64,000 nt of DNA from Escherichia coli (GTDB lineage Bacteria; Pseudomonadota; Gammaproteobacteria; Enterobacterales; Enterobacteriaceae). Below the pieces are notes generated by a model that saw only the letters and a list, made by a program, of their open reading frames with translations, made no database searches and had not been told where the DNA came from. A program made the translations under genes and the position numbers. Numbering within the stretch: position 1 is the first letter of the stretch; each line of letters opens with the position of its first letter. The stretch is from NCBI RefSeq assembly GCF_030013595.1, contig NZ_CP122768.1. The stretch is one strand, 5' to 3'. Positions 1 to 13,701 of the stretch are shown piece by piece.

Positions 1-243
1 GAGTCCATGACCTTATCTGTCTGATTCCGCCACTCTGTGCCGGTTTACTGCACCGGCACATCCCCCCTCCGGCAAAATTTGTCCAACCTGTTGTACTCAA
101 TAAGAAAAAATCCGTGCGCTGATTCACAAATTTGTGCGTAATTTCTCCAGTCCGTTGGACGAGGAGCGGGATTTGATGCGCTTCACAATTTTACTCCCCC
201 TGAGCAACGAGACTGATTCCAGTATCTAAGACTGGAGTCCAGT

Positions 244-1027
244 ATGTTGGAATCAAGCAAAGTTCCCGCCCTAACACGGGCTATTGATATTCTCAATTTG
301 ATTGCCCGCATTGGCCCCTGTAGTGCTGCGACGATCATTGACACATTGGGGATCCCTAAAAGCACGGCCTATTTGCTGCTTAATGAACTCAGGCGTCAGC
401 GTTTTCTTAGCCTTGATCACCAGGAAAATTTTTGTTTGTGGACCAAGCTGGTGGAGCTTTCCGGTCATGCGTTAAGCAAGATGGATCTCCGGGAACTGGC
501 TCGACCGCGTTTGACGCAACTGATGGATACCACCGGGCTGTTATGTCACCTGGGGGATTATTGATAACGGCAGCGCTTATTACATTTTGAAAGTGGAGTC
601 ATCAGCCACTATCAGCGTGCGTTCCCATGAAGGAAAAAGCCTTTCGCTTTATCGCTCCGGAATAGGTAAATGCCTGCTTGCCTGGCAACCTGCAGCTGTA
701 CAGCAAAGTATTATCGAAGAGCTGGTCTGGGAGCAGATGACACCCACCACCATTACCCATCCACAACGGCTCTACGAGGAACTGGCGCGTATTCGCCGTC
801 AGGGCTGGAGTTATGACAACGGCGAAGATTATGCTGATGTCCGTTGTGTCGCTGCGCCGGTGTTTAACGCCAATAACGAGCTTACCGCTGCGATTTCGGT
901 GGTCGGTACCCGCTTACAAATCAATGAAGAATACCGTGATTATCTGGCGGGCAAGGCCATTGCCTGCGCCAGGGATATTTCACGTCTGTTGGGATGGAAA
1001 AGTCCCTTTGACTTACAGGCCTCATAA
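244..1027 (+). pseudogene. rhmR: IclR-family regulator of the L-rhamnonate operon, split by a +1 frameshift
   Basis: ORFs 244..564 (frame 1, HTH part) and 587..1027 (frame 2, effector part) together make a ~260-aa IclR-type protein. Removing one G from the GGGGG run at 552..556 joins them in frame (..LCHLG-IIDNGSAYYILKVESS..). Confidence 0.75.
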
Positions 1028-1041
1028 CAATGGAGAACATT

Positions 1042-2247
1042 ATGACCCTACCAAAAATCAAACAGGTTCGCGCCTGGTTTACTGGCGGTGCGACAGCAGA
1101 AAAAGGCGCTGGCGGCGGTGATTATCACGACCAGGGGGCAAATCACTGGATTGATGATCATATTGCCACCCCGATGAGTAAATACCGCGATTACGAGCAG
1201 TCACGCCAGTCATTTGGCATTAACGTTCTTGGCACGTTGATTGTTGAAGTCGAAGCAGAAAACGGCCAGACCGGATTCGCCGTTTCGACAGCCGGTGAAA
1301 TGGGCTGTTTTATTGTCGAAAAACATCTTAACCGTTTCATTGAGGGTAAATGTGTCAGTGATATCAAACTGATCCACGATCAAATGCTCAATGCCACCCT
1401 GTATTACTCCGGCTCTGGTGGCCTGGTGATGAACACGATTTCCTGTGTCGATCTGGCTCTGTGGGATCTGTTCGGCAAAGTGGTCGGGCTTCCGGTTTAT
1501 AAACTTTTAGGCGGCGCAGTTCGTGATGAGATTCAGTTCTACGCCACAGGTGCGCGTCCGGATCTGGCAAAAGAGATGGGCTTTATCGGTGGCAAAATGC
1601 CGACGCACTGGGGGCCACATGATGGCGATGCGGGGATCCGCAAAGATGCCGCTATGGTCGCGGATATGCGTGAAAAATGCGGTGAGGATTTCTGGTTAAT
1701 GCTCGACTGCTGGATGAGTCAGGACGTGAACTATGCCACCAAACTGGCCCACGCTTGCGCGCCCTATAACCTGAAATGGATCGAAGAGTGCCTGCCGCCA
1801 CAGCAGTATGAAGGTTATCGCGAACTGAAACGCAACGCGCCAGTCGGAATGATGGTCACCAGCGGTGAGCATCACGGCACACTGCAATCTTTCCGTACGC
1901 TTTCAGAAACCGGTATCGACATTATGCAGCCGGATGTTGGCTGGTGCGGTGGCTTAACCACGCTGGTGGAAATTGCCGCAATCGCCAAATCCAGAGGGCA
2001 ACTGGTGGTGCCGCACGGTTCGTCTGTTTACTCTCACCATGCGGTGATCACCTTCACCAATACGCCATTCAGCGAATTCCTGATGACCAGCCCGGATTGT
2101 TCAACGATGCGTCCGCAATTTGATCCGATTCTGCTTAATGAGCCAGTGCCGGTGAATGGTCGTATTCATAAATCAGTGCTTGATAAACCCGGTTTCGGCG
2201 TCGAACTCAATCGTGACTGCAATTTGAAACGCCCCTACAGCTACTAA
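1042..2247 (+). CDS. rhmD: L-rhamnonate dehydratase (enolase superfamily)
   Basis: ORF 1030..2247. The ATG at 1042 gives a ~401-aa product ([13 protein letters not shown]..); the upstream ATG at 1030 is an alternative. Identity from recall of the RhmD sequence. Confidence 0.85.
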   Translation: MTLPKIKQVRAWFTGGATAEKGAGGGDYHDQGANHWIDDHIATPMSKYRDYEQSRQSFGINVLGTLIVEVEAENGQTGFAVSTAGEMGCFIVEKHLNRFIEGKCVSDIKLIHDQMLNATLYYSGSGGLVMNTISCVDLALWDLFGKVVGLPVYKLLGGAVRDEIQFYATGARPDLAKEMGFIGGKMPTHWGPHDGDAGIRKDAAMVADMREKCGEDFWLMLDCWMSQDVNYATKLAHACAPYNLKWIEECLPPQQYEGYRELKRNAPVGMMVTSGEHHGTLQSFRTLSETGIDIMQPDVGWCGGLTTLVEIAAIAKSRGQLVVPHGSSVYSHHAVITFTNTPFSEFLMTSPDCSTMRPQFDPILLNEPVPVNGRIHKSVLDKPGFGVELNRDCNLKRPYSY

Positions 2248-2303
2248 TCACTCCGGGCGTTGCTGTGACAACGGTAACGCCCACATATTCTAAGGAGCTT
2301 TTT

Positions 2304-3593
2304 ATGAGCACCGCTTTGCTTGACGCCGTGGTGAAGAAAAACCGAGCGCGTATAATTCCGTTTATGTTGGCGCTGTATGTGCTGGCATTTCTCGACCGTT
2401 CGAATATTGGTTTTGCTAAACAGACCTACCAGATTGATACCGGGCTGAGTAATGAAGCTTATGCGCTGGGAGCAGGCATTTTCTTTGTGGTATACGCGTT
2501 TCTGGGGGTTCCGGCGAATCTTTTGATGCGCAAACTGGGGGCCAGAACCTGGATTGGTACGACAACACTGCTGTGGGGATTTCTTTCGGCAGCCATGGCA
2601 TGGGCCGATACTGAAGCGAAATTTCTGATCGTTCGTACTCTGCTTGGTGCTGCGGAGGCCGGGTTCTTCCCTGGTATGATTTATCTCACCTCGCAATGGT
2701 TTCCGCAGCGTAATCGCGCCAGCATTATGGGGTTGTTCTATATGGGCGCACCGCTGGCGTTAACACTGGGATCACCGCTTTCCGGCGCGCTGCTGGAGAT
2801 GCATGGATTTATGGGGCATCCCGGCTGGTTCTGGATGTTTGTGATTGAAGGATTGCTGGCAGTCGGCGCTGGGGTATTCACATTCTTTTGGCTTGATGAC
2901 ACACCGGAGCAGGCACGTTTTCTGAGTAAACAAGAAAAAACGTTGCTTATCAATCAACTGGCAAGTGAAGAACAACAGAAAGTGACTTCTCGATTGAGCG
3001 ATGCGCTGCGTAATGGCCGAGTCTGGCAACTGGCGATTATCTACCTGACCATTCAGGTGGCGGTTTACGGATTAATTTTCTTCCTGCCGACCCAGGTTGC
3101 TGCATTGCTGGGGACAAAAGTGGGCTTTACGGCGTCGGTGGTCACCGCCATTCCGTGGGTTGCGGCCTTGTTTGGGACCTGGCTTATTCCGCGCTATTCC
3201 GATAAAACCGGCGAACGGCGTAATGTCGCAGCGCTGACATTACTGGCGGCGGGCATTGGTATTGGTCTGTCCGGGCTGCTTTCTCCAGTACTGGCGATCG
3301 TAGCACTGTGTGTTGCAGCCATCGGGTTTATTGCCGTGCAGCCGGTGTTCTGGACGATGCCGACACAACTGCTTTCCGGTACGGCGCTGGCGGCGGGGAT
3401 TGGTTTTGTAAACCTGTTTGGTGCAGTGGGTGGGTTTATTGCCCCGATCCTGCGCGTGAAAGCAGAAACGTTGTTTGCCAGCGATGCGGCGGGATTACTG
3501 ACGCTGGCAGCGGTGGCGGTCATCGGTTCGCTGATTATTTTCACTCTGCGTGTAAATCGCACTGTTGCGCAGACCGACGTGGCACATCATTAA
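2304..3593 (+). CDS. rhmT: MFS transporter, putative L-rhamnonate transporter
   Basis: ORF 2265..3593. Start moved to ATG 2304, which is preceded by TAAGGAGC at 2291..2298. Multi-pass hydrophobic MFS-like protein of 429 aa. Confidence 0.85.
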   Translation: MSTALLDAVVKKNRARIIPFMLALYVLAFLDRSNIGFAKQTYQIDTGLSNEAYALGAGIFFVVYAFLGVPANLLMRKLGARTWIGTTTLLWGFLSAAMAWADTEAKFLIVRTLLGAAEAGFFPGMIYLTSQWFPQRNRASIMGLFYMGAPLALTLGSPLSGALLEMHGFMGHPGWFWMFVIEGLLAVGAGVFTFFWLDDTPEQARFLSKQEKTLLINQLASEEQQKVTSRLSDALRNGRVWQLAIIYLTIQVAVYGLIFFLPTQVAALLGTKVGFTASVVTAIPWVAALFGTWLIPRYSDKTGERRNVAALTLLAAGIGIGLSGLLSPVLAIVALCVAAIGFIAVQPVFWTMPTQLLSGTALAAGIGFVNLFGAVGGFIAPILRVKAETLFASDAAGLLTLAAVAVIGSLIIFTLRVNRTVAQTDVAHH

Positions 3594-3609
3594 TAGGTTA
3601 AGGAACACC

Positions 3610-4413
3610 ATGAACGCATTATTAAGCAATCCTTTTAAAGAACGTTTACGCAAGGGCGAAGTGCAAATTGGTCTGTGGTTAAGCTCGACTACTTCTTATA
3701 TGGCAGAAATTGCCGCCACTTCCGGTTATGACTGGTTACTGATTGACGGGGAGCACGCGCCAAACACCATTCAGGATCTTTATCACCAGCTACAGGCGGT
3801 AGCGCCCTATGCCAGCCAACCCGTGATCCGTCCGGTGGAAGGTAGTAAACCGCTGATTAAACAAGTCCTGGATATTGGCGCGCAAACTCTACTGATCCCG
3901 ATGGTCGATACTGCCGATCAGGCACGTCAGGTGGTGTCTGCCACGCGCTATCCTCCCTACGGTGAGCGTGGTGTCGGGGCCAGTGTGGCACGGGCTGCGC
4001 GCTGGGGACGCATTGAGAATTACATGGCGCAAGTCAACGATTCGCTTTGTCTGTTGGTGCAGGTGGAAAGTAAAACAGCACTGGATAACCTGGACGAAAT
4101 CCTCGACGTCGAAGGGATTGACGGCGTGTTTATTGGACCTGCGGATCTTTCTGCCTCGTTGGGCTACCCGGATAACGCCGGGCACCCGGAAGTGCAGCGA
4201 ATTATTGAAACCAGTATTCGGCGGATCCGTGCTGCGGGTAAAGCGGCTGGTTTTCTGGCTGTGGCTCCTGATATGGCGCAGCAATGCCTGGCGTGGGGAG
4301 CGAACTTTGTCGCTGTTGGCGTTGACACGATGCTCTACAGCGATGCCCTGGATCAACGACTGGCGATGTTTAAATCAGGCAAAAATGGGCCACGCATAAA
4401 AGGTAGTTATTGA
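3610..4413 (+). CDS. rhmA: 2-keto-3-deoxy-L-rhamnonate aldolase (HpcH/HpaI aldolase family)
   Basis: ORF 3565..4413. ATG at 3610 ([13 protein letters not shown]..) is preceded by AGGAACACC and gives 267 aa. Confidence 0.85.
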   Translation: MNALLSNPFKERLRKGEVQIGLWLSSTTSYMAEIAATSGYDWLLIDGEHAPNTIQDLYHQLQAVAPYASQPVIRPVEGSKPLIKQVLDIGAQTLLIPMVDTADQARQVVSATRYPPYGERGVGASVARAARWGRIENYMAQVNDSLCLLVQVESKTALDNLDEILDVEGIDGVFIGPADLSASLGYPDNAGHPEVQRIIETSIRRIRAAGKAAGFLAVAPDMAQQCLAWGANFVAVGVDTMLYSDALDQRLAMFKSGKNGPRIKGSY

Positions 4414-4419
4414 TATCAA

Positions 4420-4447
4420 AGGCCCATGGGGATCGGCTGTGGGCCTG
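4420..4447. terminator. hairpin between convergent rhmA and ypaA
   Basis: Inverted repeat AGGCCCA ... TGGGCCT immediately after the rhmA stop. Confidence 0.4.
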
Positions 4448-4453
4448 TGTTAA

Positions 4454-4675
4454 TTAGTGGTTATTCGCTGCCAGATCGGCTTCGCTTAGCTGGGTGGCCG
4501 CGAGCACCAGGTCACGATCAATGCCCTGTTCCAGCATGCGCAAGGCAATTTTAATGGCTTGTTCACGCATACCTTCCTGCAAACCTTCTAATTTACCCTC
4601 CTGCCAGCCTTCAAGCTTACCTTCCTGCCAGCCAATCTGATGCCCTTCCTGCCTCAGCCGTTCAGCAATAGTCAT
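4454..4675 (-). CDS. ypaA: small protein duplicating the Rpn C-terminal tail (YpaA / RpnS-like)
   Basis: 73-aa ORF ([31 protein letters not shown]..) about 85-90% identical at DNA level to the 3' end of rpnB. AAGGAGAG lies just upstream of the ATG at 4675. Confidence 0.6.
   Translation of the reverse strand: MTIAERLRQEGHQIGWQEGKLEGWQEGKLEGLQEGMREQAIKIALRMLEQGIDRDLVLAATQLSEADLAANNH
4572..4643. repeat. three 24-nt tandem units encoding G-W/L-Q-E-G-K/M-x-E octapeptides inside ypaA
   Basis: Period-24 repeat read directly from the sequence (ccttcctgccagcc...). Confidence 0.7.
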
Positions 4676-4687
4676 CAATCTCTCCTT

Positions 4688-5659
4688 TTAATGACAGTTC
4701 GGAATATCAGCATCAGTGAGTTGGGTTGTCGCCAGCACAATCTCACGTTCAAAGCCCTGCTCCAGCATGCGCAAGGCAATTTTAATGGCTTGTTCATGCA
4801 TGCCTTCCTGCAAACCTTCTAATTTCCCCTCCTGCCAACCTTCAATTTTACCTTCCTGCCAGCCTTCAATCTTACCTTCCTGCCAGCCAATTTGATGCCC
4901 TTCCTGCCGCAGCCGCTCAGCAATAGTCATCAATCTCTCCTTTTGTAGTGGTGAACGTTCGGCAATCTCCTGAATAAAACGGGTGAAACGGGAGGTATCG
5001 CCGCATTGCAGCAGATAATTAAACAGCGTTTGTAGCTGGCTGTCATTAGTGAAGCCTCTAACCAAAAGCGTGGTGATCCTGTCGACCATACCGATTAAAT
5101 CGCGGTCGCGAATATGCTTTTGAATCAGTTCAAGCAGAGCTATACGCCGATGTTGCATGATCTCATCGTCAGGTACGATGGTGATATCCACCAACGGAAA
5201 AGCTTCGGTGTACAACTGCCGGGCAAGTTGCGGATCGTCAAACTCATCCAGCCAGTTGAGTGAGTACGGGTAGGGCGAGGTTTCGCCATGATAAAACAGC
5301 AATGGCACCACCAGCGGAACTCTGTCATAGCCTTTATCCAGGTGACGCTGCATGGCGGCAGTGGCATAGCGCATTAGCCGAAAAGCCATATTCTTTTCTG
5401 CAGAGCTTTGATGTTCAATCACGCAGTAGATATAGCCTTCACTGTCGCTGGTTTCCACAGACCACAAAACATCCGAGTAGTAAGCGCGTAAACTTTTTTC
5501 AATAAAGCTGGTGGGTTCCAGGCGTAAAGTTTGCAGGTTGCAAAGCTTGCGCAGCGGCTCTGGTAGATGTATTTCCAGAAAATCCCGAGCGGTTTCGGGT
5601 GTGAACATAAAGGTTTTAAACACCGCATCATGCGGGGAGGAGGTTGTTGATTCGGTCAT
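4688..5659 (-). CDS. rpnB: Rpn-family (YhgA-like, PD-(D/E)XK) recombination-promoting nuclease
   Basis: 323-aa ORF with an N-terminal D..E-H-Q nuclease-like motif (YIYCVIEHQ) and a C-terminal WQEGKxEG repeat tail. An internal AAAAGGAGAG + ATG (MTIAERL..) near 4930 sits in frame with the tail. Confidence 0.8.
   Translation of the reverse strand: MTESTTSSPHDAVFKTFMFTPETARDFLEIHLPEPLRKLCNLQTLRLEPTSFIEKSLRAYYSDVLWSVETSDSEGYIYCVIEHQSSAEKNMAFRLMRYATAAMQRHLDKGYDRVPLVVPLLFYHGETSPYPYSLNWLDEFDDPQLARQLYTEAFPLVDITIVPDDEIMQHRRIALLELIQKHIRDRDLIGMVDRITTLLVRGFTNDSQLQTLFNYLLQCGDTSRFTRFIQEIAERSPLQKERLMTIAERLRQEGHQIGWQEGKIEGWQEGKIEGWQEGKLEGLQEGMHEQAIKIALRMLEQGFEREIVLATTQLTDADIPNCH
4801..4896. repeat. four 24-nt tandem units encoding the octapeptide repeat tail of RpnB
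   Basis: Units at 4801..4824 (degenerate), 4825..4848, 4849..4872 and 4873..4896. Confidence 0.7.
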
Positions 5660-5805
5660 GGTTGTCCGTCACCTGATATTTATGATGACGCGACATTACG
5701 GTTATCCCAGGCCTTTGACATCTGCCAGTTTCAGCCTTTGCGAGACGTTTTCAGAGGAATTTTCACTGCGTTGCAACGCATACATTGGGCACGGAATCGT
5801 GTACG

Positions 5806-5838
5806 CAAAAATGCCCGGTAACAACATGCTTACCGGGC
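5806..5838 (-). terminator. rho-independent terminator after glpC
   Basis: On the minus strand: GCCCGGTAA-loop-TTACCGGGC followed by a T-run. Confidence 0.6.
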
Positions 5839-5851
5839 ATCAGAAAGGAGT

Positions 5852-9916
<4,065 letters not shown>

Positions 9917-10072
9917 TGTTATCCCTCTGAAGTTCGTTTTTTACCATTTAGCCATAGTAAAAACATGAATTGTTTGATTTCGCGCATATTCGCTCATAAT
10001 TCGAAAGTGAAACGTGATTTCATGCGTCATTATGAACATTTAACCCATCGTATTTAATAATGTGTGCGGTAA

Positions 10073-10088
10073 TTCACATTTAATTTAT
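10073..10088. promoter_or_regulatory. CRP-type site TGTGC-N6-TCACA in the divergent glpACB/glpTQ control region
   Basis: Sequence tgtgcggtaattcaca matches the CRP consensus half-sites. Confidence 0.5.
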
Positions 10089-10188
10089 GAATGTTTTCTT
10101 AACATCGCGGCAACTCAAGAAACGGCAGGTTCTCCCACTGAATCAGGCTGTTAATCATAAATAAGACCACGGGCCACGGAGGCTATCA

Positions 10189-11547
10189 ATGTTGAGTATT
10201 TTTAAACCAGCGCCACACAAAGCGCGCTTACCTGCCGCGGAGATCGATCCGACTTATCGTCGATTGCGCTGGCAAATTTTCCTGGGGATATTCTTTGGTT
10301 ATGCTGCTTACTATTTGGTTCGTAAGAACTTTGCCCTCGCTATGCCTTATCTGGTCGAGCAGGGCTTCTCACGCGGTGATTTAGGTTTTGCCCTTTCGGG
10401 GATCTCAATTGCTTATGGATTTTCGAAATTCATCATGGGCTCGGTGTCGGATCGCTCGAATCCGCGCGTTTTCCTGCCCGCAGGTTTGATTCTGGCGGCG
10501 GCAGTGATGTTGTTTATGGGCTTTGTGCCGTGGGCGACGTCGAGCATCGCGGTGATGTTTGTACTGTTGTTCCTCTGCGGTTGGTTCCAGGGGATGGGAT
10601 GGCCGCCGTGCGGTCGTACTATGGTGCACTGGTGGTCGCAGAAAGAACGTGGCGGCATTGTGTCAGTATGGAACTGTGCGCACAACGTCGGTGGTGGTAT
10701 TCCGCCGCTGCTGTTCCTGCTGGGGATGGCCTGGTTCAATGACTGGCACGCCGCGCTCTATATGCCCGCATTCTGCGCCATTCTGGTGGCACTGTTCGCC
10801 TTTGCGATGATGCGCGATACCCCGCAATCCTGTGGCCTGCCGCCGATCGAAGAGTACAAAAATGATTATCCGGACGACTATAACGAAAAAGCGGAACAGG
10901 AGCTGACTGCGAAGCAAATCTTCATGCAGTACGTGCTGCCGAACAAACTGCTGTGGTACATCGCTATCGCCAACGTGTTCGTTTATCTGCTGCGTTACGG
11001 CATCCTCGACTGGTCACCGACTTATCTGAAAGAGGTGAAACACTTCGCGCTGGATAAATCCTCCTGGGCCTACTTCTTCTATGAGTATGCGGGCATTCCG
11101 GGCACCCTGCTGTGCGGCTGGATGTCGGATAAAGTCTTCCGTGGCAACCGTGGGGCCACCGGCGTCTTCTTTATGACACTGGTAACCATCGCGACTATCG
11201 TTTACTGGATGAACCCGGCAGGTAACCCAACCGTAGATATGATTTGTATGATTGTTATCGGCTTCCTGATTTACGGCCCTGTGATGCTGATCGGTCTGCA
11301 TGCGCTGGAACTGGCACCGAAAAAAGCGGCAGGTACGGCAGCGGGCTTTACCGGGCTGTTTGGTTACCTGGGCGGTTCGGTGGCGGCGAGCGCGATTGTT
11401 GGCTACACCGTGGACTTCTTCGGCTGGGATGGCGGCTTTATGGTAATGATTGGCGGCAGCATTCTCGCGGTTATCTTGTTGATTGTTGTGATGATTGGCG
11501 AAAAACGTCGCCATCAGGAATTACTGCAAAAACGCAACGGAGGCTAA
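10189..11547 (+). CDS. glpT: glycerol-3-phosphate:phosphate antiporter (MFS)
   Basis: 452-aa ORF; GGAGG precedes the ATG at 10189. Confidence 0.92.
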   Translation: MLSIFKPAPHKARLPAAEIDPTYRRLRWQIFLGIFFGYAAYYLVRKNFALAMPYLVEQGFSRGDLGFALSGISIAYGFSKFIMGSVSDRSNPRVFLPAGLILAAAVMLFMGFVPWATSSIAVMFVLLFLCGWFQGMGWPPCGRTMVHWWSQKERGGIVSVWNCAHNVGGGIPPLLFLLGMAWFNDWHAALYMPAFCAILVALFAFAMMRDTPQSCGLPPIEEYKNDYPDDYNEKAEQELTAKQIFMQYVLPNKLLWYIAIANVFVYLLRYGILDWSPTYLKEVKHFALDKSSWAYFFYEYAGIPGTLLCGWMSDKVFRGNRGATGVFFMTLVTIATIVYWMNPAGNPTVDMICMIVIGFLIYGPVMLIGLHALELAPKKAAGTAAGFTGLFGYLGGSVAASAIVGYTVDFFGWDGGFMVMIGGSILAVILLIVVMIGEKRRHQELLQKRNGG

Positions 11548-11551
11548 TGGC

Positions 11552-12628
11552 ATGAAATTGACGCTAAAAAACCTTAGCATGGCGATCATGATGAGTGGAA
11601 TGATCATGGGAAGCAGTGCAATGGCGGCGGATAGCAACGAAAAAATAGTCATCGCCCATCGCGGTGCCAGTGGTTATTTGCCGGAGCATACGCTGCCAGC
11701 AAAAGCGATGGCGTATGCGCAGGGAGCGGATTATCTGGAACAAGATTTGGTGATGACCAAAGACGACCATCTGGTTGTCCTGCATGACCATTATCTCGAT
11801 CGTGTTACTGATGTTGCCGATCGTTTCCCGGCTCGGGCGCGCAAAGACGGTCGTTACTACGCGATAGATTTCACGCTCGATGAAATTAAGTCACTGAAAT
11901 TTACCGAAGGTTTCGATATTGAAAACGGTAAGAAAGTACAGACTTATCCGGGGCGTTTCCCGATGGGTAAGTCCGACTTCCGGGTGCACACCTTTGAAGA
12001 AGAGATTGAATTTGTTCAGGGGTTAAATCACTCTACCGGGAAAAATATCGGTATCTATCCAGAAATTAAAGCGCCGTGGTTCCATCATCAGGAAGGGAAG
12101 GATATTGCGGCAAAAACGCTGGAAGTGCTGAAGAAATATGGTTACACCGATAAGGACGACAAAGTTTATTTGCAATGTTTTGATGCCGATGAACTGAAGC
12201 GTATTAAGAATGAGCTGGAACCTAAAATGGGCATGGACCTCAATCTGGTACAGCTGATTGCCTATACCGACTGGAACGAAACTCAGCAGAAACAACCGGA
12301 CGGAAGCTGGGTTAATTACAACTACGACTGGATGTTTAAGCCGGGGGCCATGAAACAGGTGGCGGAATATGCTGATGGTATTGGTCCGGATTATCATATG
12401 TTGATTGAGGAGACATCGCAGCCAGGTAATATCAAACTCACTGGCATGGTGCAAGATGCTCAGCAGAATAAACTGGTAGTACATCCTTACACCGTGCGGT
12501 CAGATAAGCTGCCTGAATACACTACTGATGTGAATCAGTTATATGATGCTCTGTATAACAAAGCGGGTGTAAATGGGCTGTTTACTGATTTCCCTGATAA
12601 GGCAGTAAAATTCCTAAATAAAGAGTAA
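11552..12628 (+). CDS. glpQ: periplasmic glycerophosphodiester phosphodiesterase
   Basis: ORF 11495..12628 trimmed to the ATG at 11552 (MKLTLKNLSMAIMM.. signal peptide, HRGASGYLPEHT motif); 358 aa. Confidence 0.9.
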   Translation: MKLTLKNLSMAIMMSGMIMGSSAMAADSNEKIVIAHRGASGYLPEHTLPAKAMAYAQGADYLEQDLVMTKDDHLVVLHDHYLDRVTDVADRFPARARKDGRYYAIDFTLDEIKSLKFTEGFDIENGKKVQTYPGRFPMGKSDFRVHTFEEEIEFVQGLNHSTGKNIGIYPEIKAPWFHHQEGKDIAAKTLEVLKKYGYTDKDDKVYLQCFDADELKRIKNELEPKMGMDLNLVQLIAYTDWNETQQKQPDGSWVNYNYDWMFKPGAMKQVAEYADGIGPDYHMLIEETSQPGNIKLTGMVQDAQQNKLVVHPYTVRSDKLPEYTTDVNQLYDALYNKAGVNGLFTDFPDKAVKFLNKE

Positions 12629-12636
12629 TGCTACTG

Positions 12637-12662
12637 CAGGATGGCATTCATGCGCCATCCTG
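12637..12662. terminator. hairpin between convergent glpQ and the LysR gene
   Basis: CAGGATGGC-attcatgc-GCCATCCTG perfect 9-bp stem. Confidence 0.5.
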
Positions 12663-13547
12663 TCTCATATCAAATTTTCCACTCTCCACTAATTGTTCTG
12701 TGCACATTTGTAGTAAAAACAGTGGACTGCCTTCTACCGGCTTTTCTTTAGCCAGCAACGAAATCTGTCGATAGAAGGTTGGTTCGAGAGGAACGGAACA
12801 CAATTCATCTGCAATGGTTTTCAGCGTTAACTCTGGTAATAAGGCGATGCCTAATCCCTGTCGAATAAAACTGATCGCTGTATCCGGGTGATTAAATTCA
12901 TATTTTATCTGTGGGGTAATATTCTTTTCTTTAAATAGTGCCATAATGCTTAATTCATAGCGTCCTTTACTAATAATTAATGGTTCACCCATTAACTCTT
13001 CCACTGTAATAGTGCTGTTTTTTGCCAGAGCATGGTTGGGCGGTAACACTACGGTGAATTTATCCTGATAAATGGGCACGGAGTACATTCCGCTCACCGG
13101 AAAATGAACAAAACCGGCATCAATGGATTCATTCTGAAGGGAATCAATAATCGCTGTGCTATTTTCCTCAAAAGGAATAATTTTTATATTCGGATGATGA
13201 ATTTCAAAGTAGCGAATCACAGCCGGTAAGATACAGGCGCAGACGCTGGGGAAACAACCAAGTCTCAGCGTTCTTTGAGGGTTCTGCTTTTCCTGCTCGG
13301 CTATCTCTTTTACTGCGTTCACTTCCCGATTAATGGCGCGCAGATGATGCATAATGCGGTGACCTGCAGAGGTCAGTTGTATAGCTTTACGGCGATCGCG
13401 TAACAGTATATTCACGCCAAGTTCTTGTTCGAGGGCAGCAATTGCCTGACTTACCGCCGACTGCGTCATGAACAATCGCTTGCTGGCTTCAGTAAAGCCA
13501 CCGTAATCCAGTACGGCGAGTAAAGAATTTATTTGGGTAAGAGTCAT
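12648..13547 (-). CDS. LysR-family transcriptional regulator (intact counterpart of the K-12 yfaH remnant)
   Basis: 299-aa ORF with N-terminal HTH (..FTEASKRLFMTQSAVSQAIAALE..) and a LysR substrate-binding region; AT-rich coding sequence. Confidence 0.8.
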   Translation of the reverse strand: MTLTQINSLLAVLDYGGFTEASKRLFMTQSAVSQAIAALEQELGVNILLRDRRKAIQLTSAGHRIMHHLRAINREVNAVKEIAEQEKQNPQRTLRLGCFPSVCACILPAVIRYFEIHHPNIKIIPFEENSTAIIDSLQNESIDAGFVHFPVSGMYSVPIYQDKFTVVLPPNHALAKNSTITVEELMGEPLIISKGRYELSIMALFKEKNITPQIKYEFNHPDTAISFIRQGLGIALLPELTLKTIADELCSVPLEPTFYRQISLLAKEKPVEGSPLFLLQMCTEQLVESGKFDMRQDGA

Positions 13548-13682
13548 TAGAGTTTGCTAATCAATAATATTAAAACGATTAATTTCTCTAATAGCATGCC
13601 GCCATTTATACTTCTGTTCTGCAAAGTACATCACAATTTGACGCAACCGCAGTAACGGGAGTGTTGTCTGCGAGCGTCATCC

Positions 13683-13701
13683 TGACAGGCGGTAGGGTAT
13701 G
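13683..13701 (+). repeat. 19-bp direct repeat, copy 1 (tgacaggcggtagggtATG), ending at the MFS start codon
   Basis: 18 of 19 nt identical to 14954..14972. Confidence 0.7.

Noticed and set aside
552-556. The G5 run in rhmR as a phase-variable contingency switch
   Set aside because: A 5-nt homopolymer is short for programmed slipped-strand switching; a fixed mutation or a sequencing error is more likely. The frameshift itself is kept as a finding.
813-1121. 102-aa ORF spanning the rhmR-rhmD junction, and similar 60-160 aa ORFs nested in other genes
   Set aside because: These are alternate-frame overlaps of strongly supported genes with no start signals.
4572-4896. Tandem repeats near rpnB considered as a possible CRISPR or minisatellite
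   Set aside because: The period is 24 nt with no unique spacers, and the repeats are in-frame coding units inside rpnB and ypaA; no cas genes are present.
4688-5659. rpnB as a possible insertion sequence or transposase
   Set aside because: The protein family is distantly transposase-like, but there are no terminal inverted repeats, no target-site duplication and no cargo; it is a single chromosomal gene in the conserved position.
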